DNA of 64,000 nucleotides from Octopus sinensis (taxonomy: Eukaryota): positions 43,524,001 to 43,588,000 of the forward strand of contig NC_043003.1 of the NCBI RefSeq assembly GCF_006345805.1, in the 5' to 3' direction. Shown here one piece after another: positions 1 to 10,660 of the stretch (its first letter is position 1; the number at the start of each line of letters is the position of its first letter). The position numbers were made by a program, and so were the translations under genes. The notes beneath the pieces are model-generated. The model did no database searches, was not told where the DNA came from, and was given only the letters and a program-made list of their open reading frames with translations.

Positions 1-1369
1 GAAACGATAATTTTTCAAAGCATCAAATGAAAACACCTGCCGTTTAGTAGTTCATTTCTGAGTTTAAAAGATAAGTTTATGTAATTTTCGCTGATAATAT
101 TTACCAAATTGTCTACAGCAATAATACGATGAGCCAAATTGTTTATGGCTTATTTAAAACGTATAGAAGTTACAATGGAATACTTGTTCAATAAATTACT
201 GTCTTAGAAACCAACAACGTTCCATGATGTTGCTAGAATTTCTGAAAGTCTACATAAATTTGTTGAAGACACATAAACAAAAATTTATTATAGCTCGAAT
301 GTCATTATCAAATTACGTCTTCTGTCAGTAAATTCATGATATCCTTAAAACTCTATATGCAGAAGATAATTTTCTACTGTAACGTATATGCACAAGAGAA
401 GTAAACATTAAAATATGGAAAATAGATAGTCAGTGTTATGCAATGGTCAAAGCCACAGGAAACAATGTAATGGATTCATTCTCTCTGTCAGATAAAATTT
501 CTTCAAATTTCAATGAATGTAGGTTGTTTTCAAACGGAAGTGTGACATCACAACTAATCTCAGTAATGTTTGTATTAATTTCTATTCCATGTTCTATCTT
601 AATTTTGTGTGGTAAAACAAAATCTGACGTGAATTTTGAAAGCTTTATTATTTTTTCTTTTAAATCAGATCATGTATGAGTCCTTTATCTATTTTTATTT
701 TTATTTTTCAGAGAATGAAATATTTCTTGAATGCTTTCTTTTTCATTCGATGTTCTATAAAATTGTCAGAATGAAATTACCTTGATTTAACATTTTAATT
801 AACTCTGGCAATGAGAAAGCCTTATTTTAGAATTTTGTTTCAAGTAGAAATATAGTTGAATAGATTTGAGTGACACAATATAATTTGTAATGTATTGGGA
901 TTGCAAGGCCTATGTAGTGACTATAAGGGGTTAGTTATGTGTTGAGAGCATGAAATATAAAATTGTTTCATCGGTTTCAGATGTAATTACATTTCCGGAT
1001 TTTGAAATTTGCTACATTGTATTGTAAACGTTTCCTTTATTACGACTTAGATACAATGATGATGTGCAATGCCGATGAAAGCTTCCAGAAATTTGGAAAT
1101 AGGAGTAGGGAGTGGAGTAGAAACATCAGACTAGGAACTTGTTTTGAATGTTCACGATATAATGGACTCTCTAAGCACGCTGGAGAATATTTTAGTGAGA
1201 ATAAAGTGAGTGACGAGATAAGTCTACTACACAAGAACAGGATTCTATTTGCCACACTTAAACAACAGAGCTTCGACTGATCAAATTGTAAACACAACGC
1301 TCCACCCAGAGAACAGAGATGGTTCTACTTAGGTTAGAAATTTGAAAGCCAGAGAGGTTAATGGCCCTA

Positions 1370-1543
1370 TCAGCAGTAGCAACAGTAGCATCAGCACTAG
1401 CAGTAGCAGTTGTAGTAGTAGTTGTAGTAGTAGTAGTATAATAGTAGTAGTAGTAACAGCAGCAAGAGTAGTAGAAGTAGTAGTAGTAACAGCAGGAGTA
1501 GAATTAGTAGTAGTAGGAGGAGGAGGCTGAGGAGTAGTAGTAA

Positions 1544-1575
<32 letters not shown>
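1370..1575. repeat. Imperfect (AGT/AGC)n microsatellite
   Basis: Direct reading. Confidence 0.95.
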
Positions 1576-1576
<1 letters not shown>

Positions 1577-1835
1577 AGTGCAGTGTAGCTTAGCATAACG
1601 TAGTTTTTGATTAAGTAGCCCTATAATCAAAACTGTACCTGCTATTACCCTATCGTCGTTTTGCATGTAGGGCAATACGTAAGATCTTCGTTTTATAAGA
1701 TTATACGAGTTGGCTTCCGGCAGAATAGGCTACTATTTCTACCTTATCGAGTCAAATAACCGTCTAGCATCCACTCGTAGGCTGCGGTAAACTTCACTTC
1801 TGATAGATAGAGGTCAAGTTGGATTGAATATTCTT

Positions 1836-1848
1836 TAACTAACTAACC

Positions 1849-1920
<72 letters not shown>

Positions 1921-1926
1921 GACTAA
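1836..1926. repeat. (CTAA)n tetranucleotide microsatellite
   Basis: About 22 near-perfect units. Confidence 0.97.
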
Positions 1927-1986
1927 CTCTACTAAATAAATGAATAAGTAATGATTTACAGGATCAATCATCATAGTTATACTTCT

Positions 1987-2123
1987 TCATATGGTAAATT
2001 TATATGCAGTGTAAAGTGGCATCACCCATTTGTCATCGTTGATTGCTACAACGACCTTTGTAAGCAGATATGCCTGGCTATTTCTACGATTGTTCATGTC
2101 GAAAGTTTTTCCGTCTGTGACAT
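1987..2123 (-). other. Candidate terminal coding exon (unassigned)
   Basis: Acceptor tgtattttctag then the only open frame (D)VTDGKTFDMNNRRNSQAYLLTKVVVAINDDKWVMPLYTAYKFTI*. Confidence 0.2.
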
Positions 2124-2961
2124 CTAGAAAATACAAGACCTGTACTAGGAAACAGCACATTATGAAATCGTAGTAACACCTGATCCTAAGCTACTTACTA
2201 TGCTTGCAATATAGTGGACACTGTTAAAGTTAGTCGAAGGCCAGTTTGAAATAATAGAGCACGTTGTTTATTGGGGCTTAGAATTTCCGACATTCAGTAT
2301 CAATTCGTCTGTCCTAACATAAATTCTCTCTTTAACAGTGAAAAATAAATCACCACTTAACCATCATATTCTATTTTAGTATAGAAATGCTACTTAATAT
2401 AACACGCTACGTCATTTTTATCGTTATAGACAACCATTTTTTGAGAGAGCAAAAATATTCTCAGTAACACTTTTACCTCGCAGAGAATGTCAAGCTACAT
2501 TCGTAAGACAAAATCATGGAATATGTACATTCATACGCATATATATTTTTATGTTGGTCACAAGCAGGGAATAAATGCGAAGAAGAATATAACATTAATC
2601 AAAGAAGTGCGGAATGATAACTAGATTTGAGGGCTTTGCATTATATAATATACAAGGCGTGAAAACAGTCAGGACGAGGATAGAAGAACTAAAGCTCAAT
2701 GCAAACGCGATGATTTACCGAAATCACTGCATTCATGGACTGAAAGACTTGCAGTACATGCTAAAACACCCCACACACAGTCATAGTTTTCACCAGTGAC
2801 AAATTTGCTTTTCATTTTCTCGGAGTCTATCAATAAATCACCAGTCAAGTACTAGATTCGATTATTCGCTATCTCTGTCTTTCACTGTCTTTCTCTTTCT
2901 CTTCCTGAATATCCTTGAATGCACTCTGTTGTACAATGTGAACATTCGATGGTGGTGGTGG

Positions 2962-2998
<37 letters not shown>

Positions 2999-3559
2999 AG
3001 TGGTGTTGCTGTGTGCTTCCATAGATCCTTGTTTTAGAAAAAAAACCTCGGTTATACAGGGGTTTCGCATCTTCTCATAATGATATTAATTACAAAATAC
3101 AGCACAGCTATGTGTTCAATGGCGGATCGATGTACAATATGCCATGCAGAAAATTAATGCAAGGAAAAGTAGAGATCAGGGAAAACCATGTTGTGTGAAT
3201 TGGTAAAAAAATTAGATAAAATGGTTTATGAATCTAAATATATTCATAATACATATTTGGGTGAGATGCGTGTACGTTCGAAATCTAATTTAACTAGAGA
3301 ATAGTGACTCGTAGAAATTTCTTAAAATTTTGAAACCGACAAAGCGGTCAGCATGGAGTATATTAGTTCAATTTGTGTAAGATACGTAGGTCACAACACG
3401 TTAAAAGTAGGAGCAATATTTCTTTCGAATCACAAACTACTTATATTATAGTCATAAGCATACACAAAACTTTTAGATTTTCCTGTTTGAATAATTTGAA
3501 ATCATAGGGTTTGGTTGATCGGAGTGGTCCTTTGGCGAAACAACATATAATGAAACAAG

Positions 3560-3830
3560 CATAATTAATATTTAGTGTAAAGGGAGACATTTGAGGGTAA
3601 AATTATATCAAACACACCTGACAAAGAAAGAACTACTCTGAGATACCTTATTTGCTGAAAAGTTAGAAACAGAAGCAAAAAGCTAATTATAGCGAACATA
3701 TTTTAAAAATAGTAAGAATATATTGGATAGTATACTGTAGTCTAGAATATAAACTGCATATTGGTCACGGAATGACACTGAGAATAAATCTATTCGGCCA
3801 TGCCGGACATGCGACTAACCAGCAAAGCAG
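3560..3830 (+). mobile_element. Possible very old Penelope-like GIY-YIG remnant
   Basis: Frame near 3715-3830 reads VRIYWIVYCSLEYKLHIGHGMTLRINLFGH, loosely resembling PLE endonuclease IY.I.C...YIG.T...LR; heavily decayed. Confidence 0.3.
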
Positions 3831-4189
3831 CAAAGCAAAACCAAAAAAAAAATAAAAGGATAAAGTAAATACAAAAACTTCAATAACAAATAACGCTAGT
3901 ACTTCAGGGAATACAATCTACTTAAAACCGCTACCAAAATGTTAGGTAACATTTTTTTTTCTACTCGGCCATTGCGTCTCCTCAATACATTTATAATAAT
4001 CTGTTGAGAGATTTCGTAGACAGTTCTTTCTCTATAAAAGCTGTCCACAAACTATTCGTTATGTTTCGGTATTCAACATGTCTCTATTTTGTAAATTTCT
4101 TTTTTTTTTGCTAGATTTTGTTTTGTTCTATTTCACGATACTGACGTACTACTATATTGGATTTCTGTCAAATATCCGTCGGTAAGATA

Positions 4190-4231
4190 TATCTGTATGT
4201 ACGTATGTTTGTATGTATGTATGTACGTATG

Positions 4232-4265
<34 letters not shown>

Positions 4266-4530
4266 TGTATGTATGTATGTATGTATGTATGTATGTATGT
4301 ATGTTTGTATATGTATGTATGTATGTACGTATGTATGTATATAGCTATCTATATATATATCTATCTGTATATATATGTATATATATATATATATATATAT
4401 TACTTTGGTTATGTTATTCTTTCTTTACGATAATTCAGAATCTATCCGACAAATAAATTCTAAACATTTCACACGTATAAAAAGAAATAGAAAAGAAGCA
4501 GCAGCAACAATACCAGTATCAGTAGTAGTA

Positions 4531-4608
<78 letters not shown>

Positions 4609-4766
4609 AGGATTCTAATGATATCATTGAGAATGATGATAAAGACGATGAATAAGAAGTGGATGGGTGTAATCAAAATATTTATAGCTAATAAATATCA
4701 TTTGCTTTTATTTAAAGAAGAAAATCATATTGCACGGATTTTCTTATGCGATTACATGAAACCGTT

Positions 4767-4813
<47 letters not shown>

Positions 4814-4863
4814 TATATAATATATATATATATATATACATGTATTTCTGTATATATATATAA

Positions 4864-4900
<37 letters not shown>
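4190..4900. repeat. Microsatellite cluster (TATG)n, (TA)n, (TAG)n, (TA)n
   Basis: Direct reading; source of the spurious ORFs at 4157-4975. Confidence 0.97.
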
Positions 4901-5519
4901 AATGTGTATATCTGTGTATGAGTGCGTATGTGTGTGTCTGTGTGGTAATGTTTCTTTACACGTCAAGTTAGACATAAAAACAAACGTGAAACTGAAGCCT
5001 TACTCAATGATTTAGTGCTATTTAATAAATATCACATTTGTTAACTTTTACTATTGATAGCCTAATGATGGCGAAGATGAAGAAACTCCGAAGTAACAGT
5101 TAAAAGATTCTTGCTTGAAGTTAGTATATAGTTATTCTACTTTCGCAAGATGGGTTGAAACATAGTATATTTAAGTTTCAGGTAGCAAGCTAACGTATGA
5201 ATGCACAACACAGACGATCATACCGAAACTTTGAAATAACTCTGCCACCCGCCATTCATGTAAAATTGTAATAAATAGGTAAATAAACGATGCTGTATCA
5301 TTCTTCAGTTTAATCCTAAATTTCTTGTAGTTTGTCAAACAATATATACTGCAGAATTTTTAATTGCCTGAACTAAAAGTCGGAGGGAGACGGAATTTAG
5401 CTATCTGTATCAAATTCCTATAAAGGCAGGAAGTAACGTTACCTTGTCCTTATTCTTAGTACAAATTTTAAGAGTGCAGTTCGATTTTAAAACTTATTTT
5501 TTGAAAGCTATCATAGCAG

Positions 5520-6410
5520 TCACAAAGGAGCGTATCTTGTATGTTTTGTTTTAGGTGTTCAATATAGGTACCGATGCAACGGAATATTTATGCAGTATAT
5601 GGGGATCAGACAATAAGCGTAAGTCAGTGTCAACGGTTGTTCCAGAAGTTCTAAGCAGGAAACTATAGCCTAGAAGACGAACCTCGTCTTGGAAAATTTG
5701 TAGAGTTCGACGAGGACGCCCAGCAAACCATGGTGGAACAAAACCCCATCGTAACTGTTGAGTTACTAGTAGAGTAGCTTAGATTTGGTCATGCAACCAT
5801 TCATCGACACCTGCCTGTTATCGGAAAAGTCAGCAAATTGTATCAATGTCTTCCTCACAAACGTCCTTAGTCTAATCGCTAACAGAGAAAGAATGTTTGC
5901 TTTTCTTTGCTGTTACATTTCACGAATGGCAGCTATTTTGGACCGAATAGTGACTGGTGACGAGAAATGGATTTTCTATAAAAATGTCAAGCGCCGAATG
6001 TCATTGGGTAGGGAAAGGAGAAATACCATCACATTGGGCTAAAGAAGTTCTTCACCTACGTTAGATGTTGTTAACTGTCTAGTGGGATATGAAAGGTTTA
6101 GTCCACTTTGAACTTTTAAACAAACCATACAATAAAAAAGGAGATCTACAGCGAGCATCTTCAGCGGCTCAAGTCAGCGCATGAAGAAAAATCGGTTCCA
6201 AGATAAAAGGTGTTCTTCTACCAGGATAATTCGCAGCCACATACAGCGAGAATGACATTCCAAAGTGAGGAACAATTTGAATGGGAAGCGATGTCCCACC
6301 CACATTATTCGCTGGACATTTCCCTATCTGATTAGGATTTATTACGCAGGCTTCAAAACCAGTCTTCGAAGTCACAATATCGAGGTATTATAACTTCTTA
6401 CACATAGTTC
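5520..6410 (+). mobile_element. Mariner (DD34D) transposase remnant, pseudogenised
   Basis: Broken frames give ICAVYGDQTISVSQCQRLFQKF*AGNYSLEDEPR (HTH region), LDRIVTGDEKWIFYKN (first D), YQDNSQPHTA (second D) and HPHYSLDISLSD (YSPDLAPSD-like); stops and frameshifts; TIRs not recognisable. Confidence 0.9.
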
Positions 6411-6423
6411 TCTTCAGTATCGC

Positions 6424-7335
6424 TTGTGACCCCGTCCCCCGTCATTTCCGACACGTTACTCAAGCACAAAGCGAGTGATGTGTCGGGGACGCCGGGTCAA
6501 AAGTGATATTCCTCATTGAGCTTCTTCAGCCTTCGCAACACAAGCAACGTTATGACCTCCACAGCTATCTGCGGAGGCCACTCGGGATCCCGTGTGCAGG
6601 TCATAATTGCTCCCTCATACTGCTTCTTTTCGAGCACCTTCTCCATCTCTCTGCTCCTGTAGAAGACAAGTAATTCTTCTTCTTCAGGGACGAGGTAGTC
6701 ACTTCCACAGTCGGTGGCACACATTCCCACCGACGATGACTCTTCACTCGTCGGCGGCACATTTCCCAGCAATGATGACTCTTCACCCGTCGGTGGCACA
6801 TGTCCCACCGTCGAAGTTCCGGGATATTCCGGGTATTGTGTAACCAACTAACGGCAATGTCCAGTTTCTCTTTTTCTTCCACATTTTTCCCACTTAATTC
6901 CGGAAAGGTGGATATTTACTCCGTGACGGGGAGATCCACCTCCCCTCCCTTATTTCTAGGATCCTTTGGAGAGCACCGATTGTTGCTCACCTTATTCCTC
7001 TTGCGGCCCTTCTTTGAGGAGTCCTCCTCCTCCTTGACCGCCTCCGTTCCCTCTTCTACAGAGGTCTCAACCAACTGCTTCAGGACCTTGCTTTGGTTCT
7101 GGGGTCAGATATCTTTTTGTATGGCCAGGTTCCAGACACCGGTGACAAATTTCGGCCAACCGGTACTCCTGGCTCTTGTAGTTTCCAAAAAAAGTACTCC
7201 AGTTGAGTTGGGGACACAGTAGCTGGAACAAAAAATAATTTACGATTAAATGGTAAAAACACAACGAACAAAATTTTGTTTTTCCACAGCAGCAAAAGAA
7301 TTCCAGTTTATGGCGGCTGAGAATCCCACCAAAAT
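6424..7335 (-). mobile_element. GC-rich insert encoding a decayed Gag/ORF1-like protein with a degenerate CCHC zinc knuckle and a 3' stem-loop
   Basis: Minus strand reads EICHRCLEPGHTKRY, then after frameshifts a Lys/Glu-rich linker and ...EWPPQIAVEVITLLVLRRLKKLNEEYHF* (stop 6497-6499). Contains a ~39-bp internal tandem repeat (6708-6820) and a hairpin at 6427-6499. GC content is clearly above the flanks. Confidence 0.6.
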
Positions 7336-7371
7336 TATTCACTTAAAAGTGAACAATGACATTCTTTTTCG

Positions 7372-8110
7372 CCATGTGGTAGACCAAATTGCACAACATG
7401 CCCAAAACGTCTAGAAGGATCAGAATTCCTTTTCAAAGGGGGACAAAAATTCAAAATCAAATCTGACTTTATTTGTGCTTCAGAAAACCTGATTTATGTT
7501 ATAAGATACTCGGGCTGCCACCAAAACTACATAGGGACCACAGGATTATCGCTCAGACGCAGATACACTCTGCATCGACAGCAGATTGCATTCCCAGAAT
7601 ACAGAATGATACCCTTTAGTGAACATATTGAGAGATGCGTCAAGCAACTGCTACCATAATTTATAATCTTCCCATTCTATCAATGTGCCATTGGAATACC
7701 TACACAAGTTAGATTAAATAAGGAAACCTACTTCATTGAAAAATATAAGCCAAAACTTAAGCATTTCTAACATTTTTAAATAAGGAAGCTCACCTCATTG
7801 GAAAAAATATAAAGCAAACCTAACCACTTGTAACATTCTATTCCTTCTAAGCCAAATCATGTTAAATTAATAAAGCCTAGTCATTCATAACATTTTTTAT
7901 TATCTCCCTTATACCGGAAAAATCCCTGATTACCTTCCCCTGTCTGGAACTCCATATTTCACAACATAGCGATAAAATTTGAGAAATTTGAAAAGAAAAT
8001 ACGAATGCTTCTTTTACCTCACGTATTGTAAAACATATCAAAATATCCACAAAGTGTCACGCCAAAAAATGCGGCAAGGCTTTCTTTCCATCATTATACA
8101 CAATTCTATG
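7372..8110 (+). mobile_element. Penelope-like element 3' part (Zn-finger linker, GIY-YIG endonuclease, 3' pLTR region)
   Basis: 7372-7770 reads PCGRPNCTTCPKRLEG...NLIYVIRYSGCHQNYIGTTGLSLRRRYTLHRQQI...RLNKETYFIEKYKPKL with one internal stop; downstream UTR homologous to copies at 27.2-27.6 kb and 60.5-60.9 kb. Confidence 0.92.
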
Positions 8111-8174
8111 GTATGTATACTAACACATAGATACTTATTTGTATGTACTTATTAAGTATAAGCGCACTCAGCAT

Positions 8175-8269
8175 GGCAACTTTGGAAGGTGTCTTCTCTC
8201 TGCTATATCCTCGGGGCAACCAAAGACTTGTGAGTGGACTTGGTACACAGAAAGTGAAAGAAGCCTGTC

Positions 8270-8320
<51 letters not shown>

Positions 8321-8580
8321 ATTATATATTATATATATTATATATATATATATATATACATATATTTATATGTCTTTGTTTGTCCCTCCACCAACGCTTG
8401 ACAACCAATGGTGATGTGCTTTGGTCCCTGTACCTTAACAAATCGACAAAAGAGGACAATAGAAGAATTTGGCTTACAAAGCATACATTATAGGATCGAT
8501 TTATTCCGCTATAATCCTTTAAGGCGGTGCTTCTTCATGGCCGCAGTCAAATGACTGAAACATTTAAGAGAATAAAAGTG
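8175..8580 (+). mobile_element. SINE family 1, old 5'-decayed copy with internal (TA)n
   Basis: Matches the 16614-16990 copy: cttgtgagtgga...gaaagaagcctgtcg-(TA)n-tgtttgtcc...catggccgcagtcaaatgactgaaaca. Confidence 0.85.
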
Positions 8581-8803
8581 TGACGAGGAATTACTTTCGT
8601 ATATCTAGCAACAGAATTGCACTACACCGCAGATGACGCCTGCAAGCCACAAGCAGTGAAATTACTCTGCAGGTGCAGTACAAGGGATATTTCCATAACA
8701 AAGTTTAGATACTACAATTTAGAATCTCATACATACATATATATGTGTGTTACAAACACACACATACACACGCACGCACACACACACACACACGCACACA
8801 CAC

Positions 8804-8901
<98 letters not shown>

Positions 8902-10156
8902 TAAAAGATAAGAGTGAATGGAATAGTATATTTGGAATACTCAGAACAAGAAATATATTAACATAGTGAATTGTAATGTCACGTAAATTATGAGAATATA
9001 CAATAGAGAATAAGATGTATAAAAATTCTTACGATCTGTTCTTGATAATGTATATCGTCTGAATGAAGTCGAAATTATAATCATATTGAAATCGCATGTA
9101 TATTTTTCATAGATATAAGAGAAAAAAACATTCTCAAAAGTTTTCTTTCCATTGTATGGCAATATGTGATATTATTTATATTTGTATGACAGTAATTGTC
9201 GTAGTAGCAGGTGGTATAAATCGTATTACTGTGTTAAGGTATTTTTTAGCTATTATAGGCAAATATAATTATTGTTAAATAGATGACTTAGGGGAGAATA
9301 TATTTATTGATATTGTCTAAACGTCAAATTGTTGGAAGATTGAAAGTTCAAATGTGATTGGAGTTCAACTGAAACATTTATCTATTAGGCAGGTAGTGTC
9401 TAATGAGCAGATAGTATCTGATTTAAGAAATATGAATAGAGGATAATTATAATTATTATATCCATTAATTGAAAATACAGGGTTTTTGTTACCTAAACCT
9501 AATACATGTGATGTTAAGTTAACACTGCGAAATATATCTGCTAACATTTTAAAATATATTTCAAAACGTTGCGGCATGTAGATAATGCTACAGATTGAGG
9601 ATTAAGTATATTATCCTGTGTGTATAATAAGATATATAATCATTCTTTTACACATAATCTACAGAAAGATGATTTGTGGCTCTATGGAATGGCTGTATCG
9701 ATAATAGACCAGGATAATTCTATACTTATATTTCTTTTCTTCAGGTTATATATGTATGCAACAAACGATGTAGGGTTTTAGACTAGATACTACCTGTCCA
9801 CTAAAACTTTTCGGTTGTACTCCCATAACATTTGAACTTCCACTGTTTTAATGAATAGCTATAATTCTACTTCCATATAATAGCTAAACAATAACAACAA
9901 AGTAATACTATTTATACCTTCTGTTACTACCACAATTACTATGATACCAGTATAAATAATATCACATATCATCATACTTTGTATCTCTACTGTTAACATT
10001 TACAATTACGAAAGAATTATACTGGATTACTACAATACAGTTTAGGCTGTCTGTTGCAGTACACTTCTGTTGGATCTACTTCAGGAACAGCAGTGGCAGT
10101 TAGGATAATAGTATTAATCTGTGCAAAGAGAAGGATCTTGTAATAGACTTTATTAG

Positions 10157-10201
10157 GTACAACATATGTTTCGAACCATCAGTCAGTGTCTCTTCAAGTA
10201 C
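10157..10201 (-). ncRNA. Minimal type-I hammerhead-ribozyme-like motif (PLE-type)
   Basis: Minus strand GUAC-UUGAAGA-GACACUGACUGAUGGUUC-GAAA-CAUAUG-UU-GUAC: 4-bp stem I, core with C3U, palindromic stem III ACAUAUGU, imperfect stem II. Confidence 0.55.
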
Positions 10202-10544
10202 ATTCATGAAGAAATCTCACTAGAGATTTTTAGTATCGGCTGGATTCTTGTTAAATGCCCTTCAAGTTAAGGAATAAAGAAACGCAAACGTAGAAATCTG
10301 TCGTTCCAGTTTAGATAAAATGACCTAATCATTTTCCGCTCTCATAACTGCTTAGAGGAAAATGAATGTAGAAGGAGAAAGGAAGATTAATACTCAGACA
10401 AGTAGTTTTCCGTTTGTGCATATACATACAGTTAGACAGAGAGGCAGACACAGGTAAGCGCGTGCATTATTCTTTCGTTGGTAAATTAGTTACAAAAGTG
10501 CGGCTTCAAATTTTCGCATAAGGCAGGGAATTTCGGAGACTGAT

Positions 10545-10660
10545 AATTCGATCGGAACGACCCCTGTACTCAACTGGTATGTATTTTATCTACCCCAAGG
10601 AATGAAATGCATGATAAGCCTCGGTATTTGAAATCAGATCTGAGCAAAATCTGCTAAGTA
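10545..10660 (-). mobile_element. SINE family 2, decayed fragment
   Basis: cgacccc...actggta..tattttatc.acccc.a.gaatgaaa.gca resembles the reverse complement of the 33758-33980 copy. Confidence 0.55.

Noticed and set aside
2882-3070. Thr-rich, Cys-containing ORF (IECSHCTTEC)
   Set aside because: Mostly an (ACC/AAC)n repeat; two frames look equally plausible and there are no convincing splice signals
6708-6820. CRISPR-like repeat array
   Set aside because: Contiguous ~39-bp coding tandem repeats with no unique spacers, in a eukaryotic context with no cas genes
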